NCBI GenBank assembly: GCA_002633005.1
Contig: NMRA01000427.1
Location: 124,001-188,000 of the forward strand
Direction: 5' to 3'
Origin: Phoronis australis
Lineage: Eukaryota > Animalia > Phoronida
DNA: 64,000 bases
In this document: in pieces, positions 1 through 12,600 of the stretch
Layout: the number at the start of each line of letters is the position of its first letter
Numbering within the stretch: position 1 is the first letter of the stretch
The notes under the pieces: model-generated
Databases searched by the model: none
Told to the model about the DNA's origin: nothing
What the model saw: the letters and a program-made list of their open reading frames with translations, nothing else
Made by a program: the position numbers and the translations under genes

Positions 1-2353
1 AATCCTTGATGAAGTGCAGCGTGATTAAACGAGGGCTGTCCATATTACCTTAACTCCCAAAATTTGGAACAGTGCCATCACATCGCCACCTAGTGTCCAA
101 TAGCTTCCGAAGACAGCTGTTGCGAGTAGCCGAAACTGTCAAGGTACAGCGTTTTTGCTTGGTTGTGTCAATAAGAATTAATCTATGCTGTCGGAAATCG
201 TTTTTAAAATGTTGCACTAATGCAAGAGGAGCTATCAAAAATTGAACTTTCAGTCGCTTTTAGGGAAAATGTTATACGAAAGGACAACACAATGTTAATT
301 CAAAAAATTGTAACAGCGTTGTTGATATTTCATATTCCATAATATTAATACCAATTCCTGCTTTTTATCTTTGAAACGGAGTGGATATATTTCTTCTATC
401 GTCTGTCTAAACTTTTAAAATCATAGTGTGCGTGTTTCCCTCCGCTAAAGAATTCAGTTCAAGTCAATGGCAGACATCAGTGACTGCTCGTCCACGATGT
501 ACATAGGCTTAATTTGTTGCAAATATTGATGAGTATACTTTTCAAGGTAATATATACCACTCAAGGGAAACAAGGTCGCAAGTTCGTCTTATAGATATCG
601 GAAGATATGCGTATACATTGTTCGCTTTGTTTTTTCTTTCTTATAATAAAGATAATAGTAAGCATTTATCGGTAACCGGCTGATGTGCGCCCAAGATATC
701 CGTGCAACCTGTATCGTTATATCCAACAAAGACTCAATAAAGCAAAACAATGGTAGCGTCTCATACGCAATAACCGTGCGACTCGCATACGCCCATCGCA
801 TGAATCTGGCAAGTTAAGCAATAGCTTGCGTGCAATGAACTTCGGGATTTTGTGAAAGCGCTCGTGAGAAACGTTATGTTTCTGCTAAGCAGTATTTGGC
901 AATAGGACGGTCTCGGGTAGAAATCTCTTTTATCCTGGAAGTTGGAAAACACGTTGTTTCATTGGTCTCGTTTTAGAAATTATTTCAGGAATATGGTATC
1001 CACGGACACTTATCACATTTATCCAACTTTCTGCTGTCGGAGTTACAACCCAAAGCACAGCAGTAAAACCTCGCTGGCATAGCGGGAGGTCAAATAGATT
1101 TGATGCAGCCGAAAAAAATGAAGAAATTAAGGCACCAAGATGATACGAGAAAGATGGGTAAATACCGCGACACACCTGTCCGTGTAATCCGGGACAGCCC
1201 TTTTTACAGAATAGAGCTCTTCATCACCAAAGTTACAGTTCAAGTAAACTGACTGAGATGCACTAAAAAACCCTTTAAAAGGGAAGGCAGCCGCTTTAAG
1301 ATCACTGCTGGTTACAATACGATTTTTGGGTATCTCAGAAAGAAATAAGGTTGAAAATAGCAGTAGGCTCTAATTGAGTACGGCAGTCCGAGAGTGTGGT
1401 TCGGTGGCCAAATCGTTTTCCAAATAATTTCAATTTCCGTATGCTTACTTCCTGTAAAAATTCATGCGCAGCTGACTTTAAGGGTGCCAAATGCATCGAT
1501 TTCACGAAATAAACGGAACAGTCGTAAACCAAATGTATTGAATCCAAGGAATATGTTATTAATTCAAAGTTTGGAAGTCACCACAAATTTTGAAAAGGAA
1601 TTTTTTGATAAATTTTTATGACTTTAATACTCGTTGTGGCGACTTTTTGGCGACTTGCGATTTTCCCAGGTCGCCAAACATACTTTAAAATCGCATTGGG
1701 GTGCTGCACGCAGATCGCAAATCGCGCATATCATGTGAACAATAGATGCTGGGATAAGATCTGGGCCTCGAATGTCACTTTGGGATCGAGTTCCTTTTGT
1801 ATAATTAATAAGAACCCAAGGAGTTAGGATTGATGTAAAACATTTCAAGGTTAATCAGGCAATCTCGTTTTAACCAAATATAGCGCTAAGCCGGTTGTTT
1901 TCCTCTTTAAATAACAGATAGAATTACCATCGTCAGTTCAAAGCAAGATGCGTTTGTCTATGGTTTTACTGGACCACCCCTAGATAACTGCAAAGATTCC
2001 CACGAGATCAATTCATCACCAGGCTATCCCAGTTAACATTTGTGTTTTTAAGCTATATAGCGCTGTCATGGTGCGTGCCATGGGACTAAAAATAGTAAAA
2101 CGTGTTTTACAGACGATTACGACCATTAAGTACAAACAGTTTGTTTGTAACAGCGCCTTTGCAGACTAAGCAATTGCTTTCTAATAAGGTCATTGATGTT
2201 TACTCTTTTCCGCTTCGAACACCCAGTGTCCTCGACAAACATGTCCTGACGTTGCTCGCCTTGATTAGTTTGTCCTAGTTACTAGTTAAGGAGCGCATCC
2301 GGCAATGGTGACCAGAAGGGAGGTATAGTAATGTACAGAATGATACAAATAAG

Positions 2354-3651
2354 CACGGTTGAGAAACAATTTGACCGTCGGACGAAAAAAATGACCGCTG
2401 GTGCTCCAGATCGACAGACTCACCACAAACCAGTACACGTGGGGATCAAATGGGACCACCGCACCAGAAAATGGGACCGGCGCACCTAAAAACATTACCG
2501 CCGCACCACAAAACAGGACCGCGGGAGACTGAACATTACAGAAGCACAAACTGTTATCAATGTCTGTGTGATACTGGTTATGGCGTAGCCAGCTATGTAG
2601 CTGTATGAAGACTGTCGTCAAAATACGGCTACATGTACATGTAGGTTGGTGATGAGCTCCGTTAGACCCCGAAACTTCACAGAGCCCGGGTAGTTCTGCT
2701 TGCCACCTCGTCGTGAAACTAATATAGAGATAACGACCGGCGTGGTTGCATGCAAAATCTGGGAGACAGCCGACGCTCACCTTGCCCATTTAACTGAAAA
2801 CAATCTAAAAAACGACATTTTCTAGCATAATTCTTCGTCTTTTGTAACAATCAAAAGTCTGACGCTGAATTCGTCATTGGCATTTCTCATAAGACGATGA
2901 GTGCTTCGCAGTAGCAAAATTTGTTCTAAACTTAGGTTTAGTATTTTATTACTAGCAACTTGTAACGAAATGAAACCAGATCCCATAATTTGTTGTGACA
3001 TGTATGCAACCTAGTGGAAGAAAAGTTGATTACAGAATCAGGGGGAAAGAAACTGGCCAATAGTTGACGCAATAATTCATGACGCCGAAAGCGGACGCAA
3101 ACGAACGCACCATAATTTTATCAGTAGAAGAGCAAAACGTCACTTTTCCCCCGAACACCCATAAGTAGTTTACTGACAATCCCTTTGTGTCAGCTTTTAT
3201 TTGGGTAGCGTTTACCCTCATCGGCGTAAAGCTCTATAAGTTTAGTATGCACGTTTACCCAAGAACAAGTGAGCCCGTCGAACGAGATTTTTTGACTTTA
3301 ATAAAACGTCAAATTGGAAAAATGAGTTTTATTTTGTTATAAAACTAACCCATTGGACTAAATTATCTGTGTTTAGCTTATTCATTGTAAATGTTTATTT
3401 TTTTTTCAATCGTTTTGATGTCTCCATAATTGATTGGTGGGGCGGTCAAGTTTCAATCCCCGGCGGTCATGTTCAGTCTCCTTGGTCCTGTTTTGTAGTG
3501 GGGCGGTCATGTTTTTAGAGGGGTCGGTCTCATTTTTAGAAACGGCTGTCCCTTTTGATCCCCGTAGCTCCTGTTCTGTGATGACTGAGTCTGATTTGGA
3601 GGACCGGCAGTCAACTTTTGGGTCTGGTAGTCATGTCGTTTCTCACCCGTG
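2354..3651. mobile_element. Non-autonomous TIR element with CACGG...CCGTG termini (CMC-like), ~185-bp imperfect TIRs
   Basis: 2354-2538 is the diverged reverse complement of 3467-3651 (cacggttgagaaac / gtttctcacccgtg). The arms are built of short GACCGC-like subrepeats. No clear TSD. Confidence 0.8.
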
Positions 3652-5334
3652 TCAAGAGGAACTTCACGATGTTTTAATGCAGCAATACACTAAAATAATC
3701 GAACTTGTGTTCCGGAGGTCCTCGACAACTTGGCCTTGGAATCCTCGCCTGCTCGTGTTTACGCAATAACTTGAAAACATTATTCATTCTTAATTACTTA
3801 GTATGTTCATACAAAGAAGAAGAAGATGTGGCATGAAAACTGGAGGTTTTGGGAATAAAACCTTTTTTTCTGAAAACTTATTTCTCAATACGTTTACACG
3901 TTGTTGTGTCATTTTATTTGACATTTTAAATGTAAATTTCTGTATTTCGGTACCACAAATTGAATGACAAAACACCAATTTTCATCCGTCACACAACAGA
4001 AGAAATGTGAGAAAGTGGGAACGTTTTTAAAATGCAATTTCACCTAAATATTCACCAGTGATGTTTTAGTTAACTTGGGCCTAAATATGATCTCAATTAC
4101 CGTGGTTTGACGTGGTCTTGCAAGAAACTTGCTCGACGGAACGCAACTCCTCAAAAATGTGGCGGCCAGTTGCTGTAAAAGGATGCTCTGCTAGGCAGGG
4201 CTTCACTTACCTACAGATACATGTAGGTGTCGTGTCTAGGAATCTGTAATGACTACAGCAGACTTATGGGTCAACTGTCTGCCTCAAGTGATTTTTACCG
4301 CACCTCAGTGTTATCCGTATACAGCGACTGAGGCAAAATGCTCTATGATCTGACTACTACGTTCGTAATCATGGGCGTAAATGTAGAACACGCGGCCAGG
4401 GAGGTGTTTGCTGTTGTTAAATGATGCAATATTTAGTTTTTACCTGCGGCCGAAAGTGATTGGCTAAGAACTTAGCTCACTTACCCCCGCATAGGTCTAT
4501 TATGAAGAATGACCTGAGAAGCAGGTGAATGAAATCCAACAAGTAAGGGCCAAAGCAGACGTCAACCATAGGCTGAGCTTTCCGCCTCCTGCGAAGCATA
4601 GCTGAGCTGACAGCTCAAGTTAAGGTTTTCTCATTTAAGCGTCAATGGTCATTTCAGCTACGGTTCACTCTATCCAGCCTCCCGTTCAGTAACGCTGGGG
4701 CCTCGCTAAAAAGCAAGGCGTCGCGAGATTACGTGAGATATTGCCATGTATTTTAAATGAGAACACGTGACTTGTGTTAGATTTTAGCTAAGTCCTAGCG
4801 TAGGTCCTAGAGTTATACTGAACGCACGCCCAGGTATAAGGTACCTAGCTCAGCTCGTACATCCGTCTGCGTAGCGCCTCTCGCTGGTTCCCTGCGTGTC
4901 GCCAGGTGGTCGGTAACCGGTACGCATGTACATGTATCCCTTAATTTTCCTCGGGGAATTTTTTTTACGTAGGTGTTCCTGATTTGCTAGTCGAGTTCTC
5001 AACAGGCAGCGCTTTATGTAAACTGGCATGACTGATGGACTGAAGTGTAAAATGTGGTCTGTTGTACAGACAAATCGCTGCTTAAAATTCATGTTCAGAA
5101 AATGTCAATCCTAGAAACTGTGGTTGCTCATTTCGGAGTGCATCTTTCTACTGTCGATGACTTTACTTTACGATACGGTCCTGTATTCGTACATTATGAA
5201 TACACATCGGTTAAATTGGCCACTGAGATAAGTGTTTATTGTACATATACGTGCTTCAAGCACGCGGCTTTTAAACATCACTGCGGAAACGAAATAGTTG
5301 TTGGGACGCCACTTGTTATACTGTACAAAGCTAA

Positions 5335-5425
5335 AATTCGTTCACAGTTCGCCATTTTTTCACGGTGTTGTAAAGCTAACCAATGACTGCTGAGGTTACA
5401 TCAACCAATGCTAAAGCGCGTGCCA
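5335..5425 (+). repeat. Dispersed repeat shared with ~28385-28465
   Basis: aaagctaaccaatgactgc(t/c)gaggttacatcaa...cgcgtgc occurs at both loci, with weaker similarity in the flanks. Confidence 0.75.
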
Positions 5426-6140
5426 CTGCGTGATACCTGCGTGCTGGCTAGACACGCAGGGAGCCAGCGAGCGCAGCGCCTTGGGCAGCCCCTCATGCAT
5501 CGTCGGGAGAGAACATCTCGTTTCTTTTTGCTGCAGACATACTGTATGCTACGTACTGGGCTCAAGTGTATTCGACACACATTTCTCTTTCTGAGCGGGT
5601 TGTAATAGATTATCTTCTCTTGATACAATCCTTGACTAGAGGAGATTATTGCAGACACTTCCAGTCAGCTCAGCATCAGTCTACATTGTTATGCGTTTGG
5701 CCAGTAAACATTGCTTTTCTAAATTCGACACTCGTGATTCGGATAAATTAGCTGACATTAGATTGGTAAATTATGCTGTGATCTTCAGCTAGGGATAGAC
5801 TGGGTTGCATTGACGTCTCTGGTTGTTAATTCCCAGACAGGAATTCATACACCCTCAAAACGAACCTTATGATTGATATGTTTGAGATGGCATCGGAAAA
5901 ATTACATGCGCTTATGGCTAAATGTGTAATCGTTTTACGCAATGTCATGTGTATGATATATTTGAGTAATCGACTATTGACATTTGAGACTTGCCACTTG
6001 AGTCTCTTGTAAACTATTGCATATAATTGTTTAATTTCAAGTTAAGCTGGCGACGACATTCACTTGCTACTTTGTTTCCATTGTATTGATTAACTAGGTA
6101 TTCAGTAAGCGCTGACAATTCATCTTTTAGAGAATAAATA

Positions 6141-6250
6141 CACGGGGTTGTCACGTGCGCGTATCAAAACATAGTACCCGGGGTTGTCACGTGCGCATAT
6201 CAAAACATAATGCACAGGGTTGTCACGTGTGCGTATCAAAACATAATGCA
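6141..6250. repeat. Minisatellite, 3 x 36 bp
   Basis: cacggggttgtcacgtgcgcgtatcaaaacatagta repeated head-to-tail at 6141, 6177 and 6213. Confidence 0.95.
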
Positions 6251-7742
6251 TGTGCATGTCAAATGACTCAAACGGACGCACGTGTGCGAACTTGTTTATT
6301 TGCTCTAACACATAAATGGCACTTACCGCGGAGTAATGCAGAAGGAAGTGGAATCTTTTATTCAAATGTCAAGGTCAAGTTCATCATAAAGGTAGCACTC
6401 AACAGTTTACGCTGATTTTGGTCTTGAACTTGAAAATATGAACATTAATATGGGCCAAAATCTTCAAAGACCTTGCACAATATATATTGAAACTGATTGC
6501 GAATTCAATTTTCCAACTTTCACGACTAGCGAAAATACACCCGGCTACTTGACAAAAACATCAAAAATACGCCGAATCATCAGTTTCCACCCCAAAGCCA
6601 CTTGCATGCTATTATTACGAACTGAGAGACAACCAACTTAGACTGCCAAAGCTCTACACATTACATATATAAGGTGAAAAGTAGGTGTCTATCAGCCCGA
6701 TTTTTTACAAATCCAAAGTGTTTGAATGGTATCAGAATTTCCTGCTATATTTCCAACTTCCCGCATGTAAGCAGTAACGGTAATAAAAGTCTTCACTTTG
6801 CAAAAAGAAGGTCATTGGGTAAACAACCGGCAAATCTTTCACTCAGATTAAAACTCAAATGCGATCCATAGCCTTCCCATGCAGCACAGGACTTAAAATG
6901 CCTAGCCAACGCAGAAGGCGCCAATTTTTTTATAAATTGAACCGTGGTTTAAAAACTCGAGTGGCACATAAGCGCTATTATTACAGGACGTGTTTTTTGG
7001 AACTCGCAGTTCAACGATTGGTCCAAAAACTCTTAGGAGGCGCACGCACATTGGCGTCCTTCGTAGAATTGACAAGGAACGAATGGTGGTAGACCGCAGG
7101 CAGTGGTTGATACGGATGTGCCCAGAGGATATACGGCGACGGGAACCCACTTACCAGTAACGTTAGAGAGAATTCCCGTCCCAGACTGTTGCAGACGTTT
7201 TGCATATTGAACAGTTTACATATTCAGCAAAATATCGATAGTTAACACGATTCCGTCGCACATTCGGAAAACTGACACTAGCAATGAGATGCAGTTAAAA
7301 CTGATGTACCTAAATGTATCGAACAGTATGACCAATATACCAAAGCAGTTTACCGAACTGCATTCTTAGTTTAGACTGGTGTTTTGTGTTTTTATAGCTA
7401 ATGATGATTTTCAATCCACAAAGCCATGTCTTTTAAAAACATTGGCTAAAAAAGTTAAAGAAACATAGCATATGTTCAATATAATGCTTTTGATAATAAT
7501 AAGTTTTGAAGTAACCGTGGAAGCGCGATTGTTCACGGATGTAATGAAACTTCTACATGTACACAGGTGAAATTTTTCGCACGAATTAGATTATATTTCT
7601 GTATTCTTATAAACGAGGCTACCAAATTGTCAGGAATTTTCTGTTCGCAAATTTGACTGTGAAGATTTCAGCATTATGTGAAAAGCTTGGATGGCTCGAT
7701 TTTTGGAAAATGCTGTCTTTTTAAATACATTAAATTAGTCTC

Positions 7743-7967
7743 TGCTACTCTCGCTCAGGGCCTCTTAGCTACGGAGACTCTAAAGGGACATCATGAAAAC
7801 AAAATAAAATTTCAAGATTTTGTGTTCCTTCGCAATTTTTGCACTGGAACGCAAAATCTTGAAATTCTTGAAAACAAAAATTTATCGAGAGAGCGCAAAA
7901 TCGTGATTCTTTTTACATCGTGTCCCTTTAGAATCTCTGTAGCTAAGATGTCCTGGACGAAAGTCGC
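7743..7967. repeat. Fold-back (hairpin) element
   Basis: tcttagctacggagactctaaagggaca pairs with tgtccctttagaatctctgtagctaaga. An inner IR aatttcaagattttgtgttcc / ggaacgcaaaatcttgaaatt is also present. Confidence 0.75.
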
Positions 7968-8449
7968 TTCATAGAGGCATTTTGGTCAATTTGACAAGTT
8001 TAGTTTACAGTAAATTAAAGCATGGACCGTTTTGTGCAAATTAAATAACATACATGTAGGAGTACCTCAAACCGGGGGAGCTTCACTGAACTAGTTACTG
8101 AATGTACGTCAACAGATCCGAGCAAATGCGTGAATCCCTGGTTTTCACCCACCATGCTTTTCAGTTTAGATAAATGGATGCCGTTGCCGAGTCGCCTGTA
8201 GATTTTTAGTCAAGTCCTCACTAAATACAAATTTGCATTTCGTTACAGTAATGGTGCCAGAAGCAGCCAATAACCAGAATAACGGAGATTCAGCTGGTCA
8301 GACACACGCTGTCACCATTATGGAACAATTGCACACAGTCCCAAGACGGAGAAGAAGGCAATGCACTATTGGTTGCTGTCAGATATGGCGTGTTACGTGT
8401 TGCAAAATTCAATGTTCAAAAAATTAGGTTTGATTTAATTATATGTATT

Positions 8450-8535
8450 CGATATTTTATATTTATATTTATATTTATATTTGATCTTCTTATATTTATA
8501 TTTGATCTTCTTATATTTATATTTGATCTTATACT
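8450..8535. repeat. (ATATTT)n with 21-bp derivative repeats
   Basis: Direct reading of the sequence. Confidence 0.9.
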
Positions 8536-9278
8536 TTATACATTAGATGTAAAAATTTTTGTATTCCATAATGAAAATATCTATGTGCGATTGACTGTTC
8601 GATGTTTCGTTTCATATGTTCAATAACGGAATTATGGGTATTATGAAACGACGTCCGTGATTGGTTCCCGAATTGATTAAATGGCGGCTACCGAAGGAAT
8701 GTGTTGCTTCCTCATTTTTTTGACAATTTAGCCCAATCCATCGATATTTGTAAACACGAATTCAGTGCAGACGATTCATAGGTGGTGAATGATGCTACGC
8801 AACAGATAGGTGCCTATTTATACGCCCGTCTGTTGATGCGCGATTTTGTGAGGAACTCGGTTCTGGCCCTGACCAGCCAAGTCAACAAGGTCCGCTACGG
8901 TTGAGGCCTTGCATCTCATAGGCGGATTTGGGGGGAGCCCAGCCCCCCCCCCCTTAGCTGCCACAGCAGCAGCGTGGAGCGTAAGGAAATATTGAGTAAC
9001 TAGGACGGTAGCGCAGAAGGGGGGGGGGGCTTAGACCCCACTTGGATAGTGGCGTTCCGTTTTTTAATTTTTTAGTCCAGTAGATTTTCCGAACAAAAGG
9101 TTCGCATACAACCGGCCCCCGCTAAACTTTCGGGCCTGTGCTGCAAACACAATTTCCCGAGACAACATGTTGCCCCCCCCCTCTCCTTATGGTATCCTAG
9201 ATTCGCCACTGCATCTGGGGGGGGGGTTCTGCTGTACTGCTCTTCTGTCAAACTGGCCGAGACCTGTCCCCATCCACC

Positions 9279-9652
9279 CAGTGCTGTGGTGGGGCGTATG
9301 CGCACGTAGGCGAAGCCAACCACCTTTTGGCATTTGAACGTAGCGCCTACGCACCGTAAGTAACGTTATAGTAGGGCGTAGGCGTACCGTAGGCGCAGCC
9401 AACCCTCTTTTTAAATTATGCATTAAGACTCTTCCTTGCAGTACAGCTGAATGTGAACGATACTTTAGCGAAATGGATCAGATAGTCAACAGACGATCGG
9501 AGGGCCCCAAGATCAGTGCTGTAGTGGGGGGTAGGCGCAGCCAACCCCTTTTGGCAAGTTCGAACGTAGCGCCCGGCTACGCACCGTAACTTTCGTTCAG
9601 TGCTCAAGGCTTTGGGCGCCTACTTACCTCTAATTTTAGCACTACAGCACTG
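9279..9652. mobile_element. hAT-type MITE with perfect 8-bp TSD
   Basis: TIRs cagtgctgtggtg / cactacagcactg, flanked on both sides by catccacc (9271-9278, 9653-9660). A second copy of the left end lies inside at ~9513. Confidence 0.9.
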
Positions 9653-12600
9653 CATCCACCAGTTGCCTAGGCTATAGTTCCAGGCCAACGTTTCAAATGT
9701 CTATGGTGGCCCTGATATGCATCAGGTAACAAAAATCGATTAAAGAGTTTTTGAGGTCCAAATTCAAGACCAGGGACAGGGACTACTTCAAGGAATTTCG
9801 TGTGCAATGGGTCAGAGGACCACAGGGTAGATTATGGATACGCTGTTGCTTTTGTATTGCAGCAACAATAATACAAGTCAAAAAACTGCTTGGCACTCAG
9901 ACTCGACAGTCAGTCAGTGACAGTGTCAGTGTGACACTGCCAAATGGCAATCGTGATTCCCAGACAACTAAGGTTCAATATCGATCGTGTAGCCAACTCT
10001 TGAAGTGGATATCATACAGGACAACAGATTAGCGGACAACCGTAGATTAGGCCTCTAATCTACGCAATATAACTTTATCAAAGTTTATGTAAGACAATGA
10101 AATGCCAACTTGCCCGAAATTAGCGCGAAAAAGAGCTGACGAATCACAGTCGTAGTTTCAACTTTTACCCAGAGTTCCATTATCCAATATAACCGGAAAA
10201 CATCGAACGAAAACTTGACATTAACGAACACAAATACGAAGCAGATTGAATACATATATCAACATCGAACAGAAATTTTCAAAACATTGAATACAATAGT
10301 AATGAACATTGAATACATATACTCTCATGAAACATAAATGTTGATAACATTGAATTTTGCAACACATAACACGCTACATGTATAGTCTGAGACTTAGTCA
10401 TGTCAGTAGAGCTAAAAACCAGTGTGACAAATTCCCAAGGATTTTTAGGGCATTTATCTAATGAAACCACCAGCCTCGTTCTCATTACACCTAATGGGTG
10501 GAAATCAGTGTCTGGAATCGGCGAATTTAAATCACAAGACAACTGCCGGATTTTGCTGCTGTAGTGCTTGGCCGTAGGAAATTTCAAAAATATCTACGCC
10601 TATCCATAATCCCCTTTAGACTGTAAAAGTGATTATGAATCCTTAAAGTCCACCTTTATATACAATTGTTTTGGTCCTCTTGACATTGTTTTGTTTTTAA
10701 TACGGGGAGTTAGCGTACCCTAACCGCACAAATAAAGTTCACTGATTACTCCAGCGGAAAACTTCCCCGCTGCTGACTTGAATTATTCGAGATAGTTCGG
10801 TGTTCCGTCTAGACCACAGTGAGGGTCTTTAAAGAGGCATGGAACGCGAAAACTTGTAGATGATGCCTCTTAATTAAACAGATCGTGGCGAATCTACTTC
10901 TTCGGGATGCTAGCTTGAGAGCTATTCGCTTTGAATAGTGCAAGAATTGCATTGTCGCATTAATTACTTTTGAAAGACAGGGGCAACATAAGGTACCCCC
11001 TTTTAAAAAATCCTGGACCCGCCCCTGCACACCTTTAATAAGTTAAGCAACGTACAAAATGTTATCGATTTACTTGTGCTCAACGTTATATTTACCTCTG
11101 TGACGACATTAATCGAGTTCGCCCTTAAAATGTGTGGTACTGGCATTCATTGATTTAAAATTTGTTTGATTAAAAATTGTATTACTTCCTTTTTTCCTCT
11201 CAGACAACTCTGATTTGTGCACATTCAGAGTGTAGCTGATGAGACGAGTTGCTCTAAATCTAATTGGTTGAAATAGCTCGTGAGTGCTGCACGAGACAAC
11301 AACCTTACTGCTGTAACAGCCGTGAACTAGTTGATAAATTTGTCGAGTGAATCAGTACCTTTTTATTAAGCAGAGCACAATTTGAAAAAACTAGTGTGAG
11401 GGAAAAGGAGTGACTACGAAACGTAATAATGTTGATTTGAATTAAGGTACATGTATTTGCCTAATTTTTTCTTTCTTTGTCTTTCCCTGTCTTTGCTAAG
11501 CTAAATCGGACAGTTACTGAGAGTTGTGTACAGCTCCGTCACCCCCCCCCCCCCNTCCCTCCCTAGAAGGTACGATCGGGCTTCAAAAACTCATAACTTG
11601 GATGTTACGTCATTCCCAATCCCAAGCCTGTCATCAGAGATACTGCTAACTCTTTTAAGCCTGTTATCAATGGCGTGTCCCATTACATTTGACGACATTC
11701 TCTATTTTTGATTATTAGGTCTCCAAATCGCTCGTGTACGAACTCATCAAGTATTTTCATGGCATCCAAATTTCCCTTCGCGGGTGAATGTTGTCTGCGC
11801 ATGAGCGAACCTCAGTATACGGCGAATCTAATCTAAAGACGAGTACAGTATATACAGTGTACACCACCACATAAGACATGATTTCGTAGCAAAGTAAAAC
11901 ACAGACTAAACTATATGGATATATCGTGGACTAAAACTGGGGATTTTTGGAACATTTGGCTTTTGAAGCAAAGATTTGAAAAATGTTAAATCTTTTCCAA
12001 AAGAGAAGCCTTAGGTTTTCTTTCCCTGGTACCCGTTGATGAATAGTACATGTATTAGCCACTCTTTGGATCATGGTAACTGGCCAGCAAGTCATGATGC
12101 CGGGCGAAAGAGTGTGGGATTTAGTGTCTCGATTTAGAAACCGTTGTGGTCCTGAGTTGAAACCAAACGGGTTGTTAATGTAATGCAAAGTGTTCATTTC
12201 CTATCCTTATCCGTTTGAAACAGACTTCTTCAGGTAGTCACTAGATAGATTGTACATGTATTACATAATCAATTCGTTTCAGTAACTGAACGCCAGTTTT
12301 AACAACCTGGACAATTGCCTACGCTCCGATGATTAAGCAGTCACACACGTTCTAGCTTAGTGCAAAGTAAAAACATTTTGTTCACGGTGTGTGGCTTCTG
12401 TTTTAAAGCCGATGGGGTTTACAACGTCATTAAATAGTGAAGCGTGTGTTGTCTGCGGATGCTCGACAGGCCAACTGTGATCATGCGGGTAATAACCAGA
12501 AAAATAAAAGTCCAGCATGATCAAAGTTTTTGTGACGATGTTATATTGAGGACGCGTTGAAGGTGCCCAGTCACGCCACGGAGCCACAGTTCATTACAAG

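Noticed and set aside
2286-3769. ORFs 2286-2789 (-) and 3434-3769 (+) with similar translations
   Set aside because: The similarity arises because they read the two arms of one inverted repeat.
6141-6250. Three 36-bp repeats of CRISPR-like length
   Set aside because: The units are head-to-tail with no spacers, there are no cas genes, and the context is eukaryotic. It is a minisatellite.
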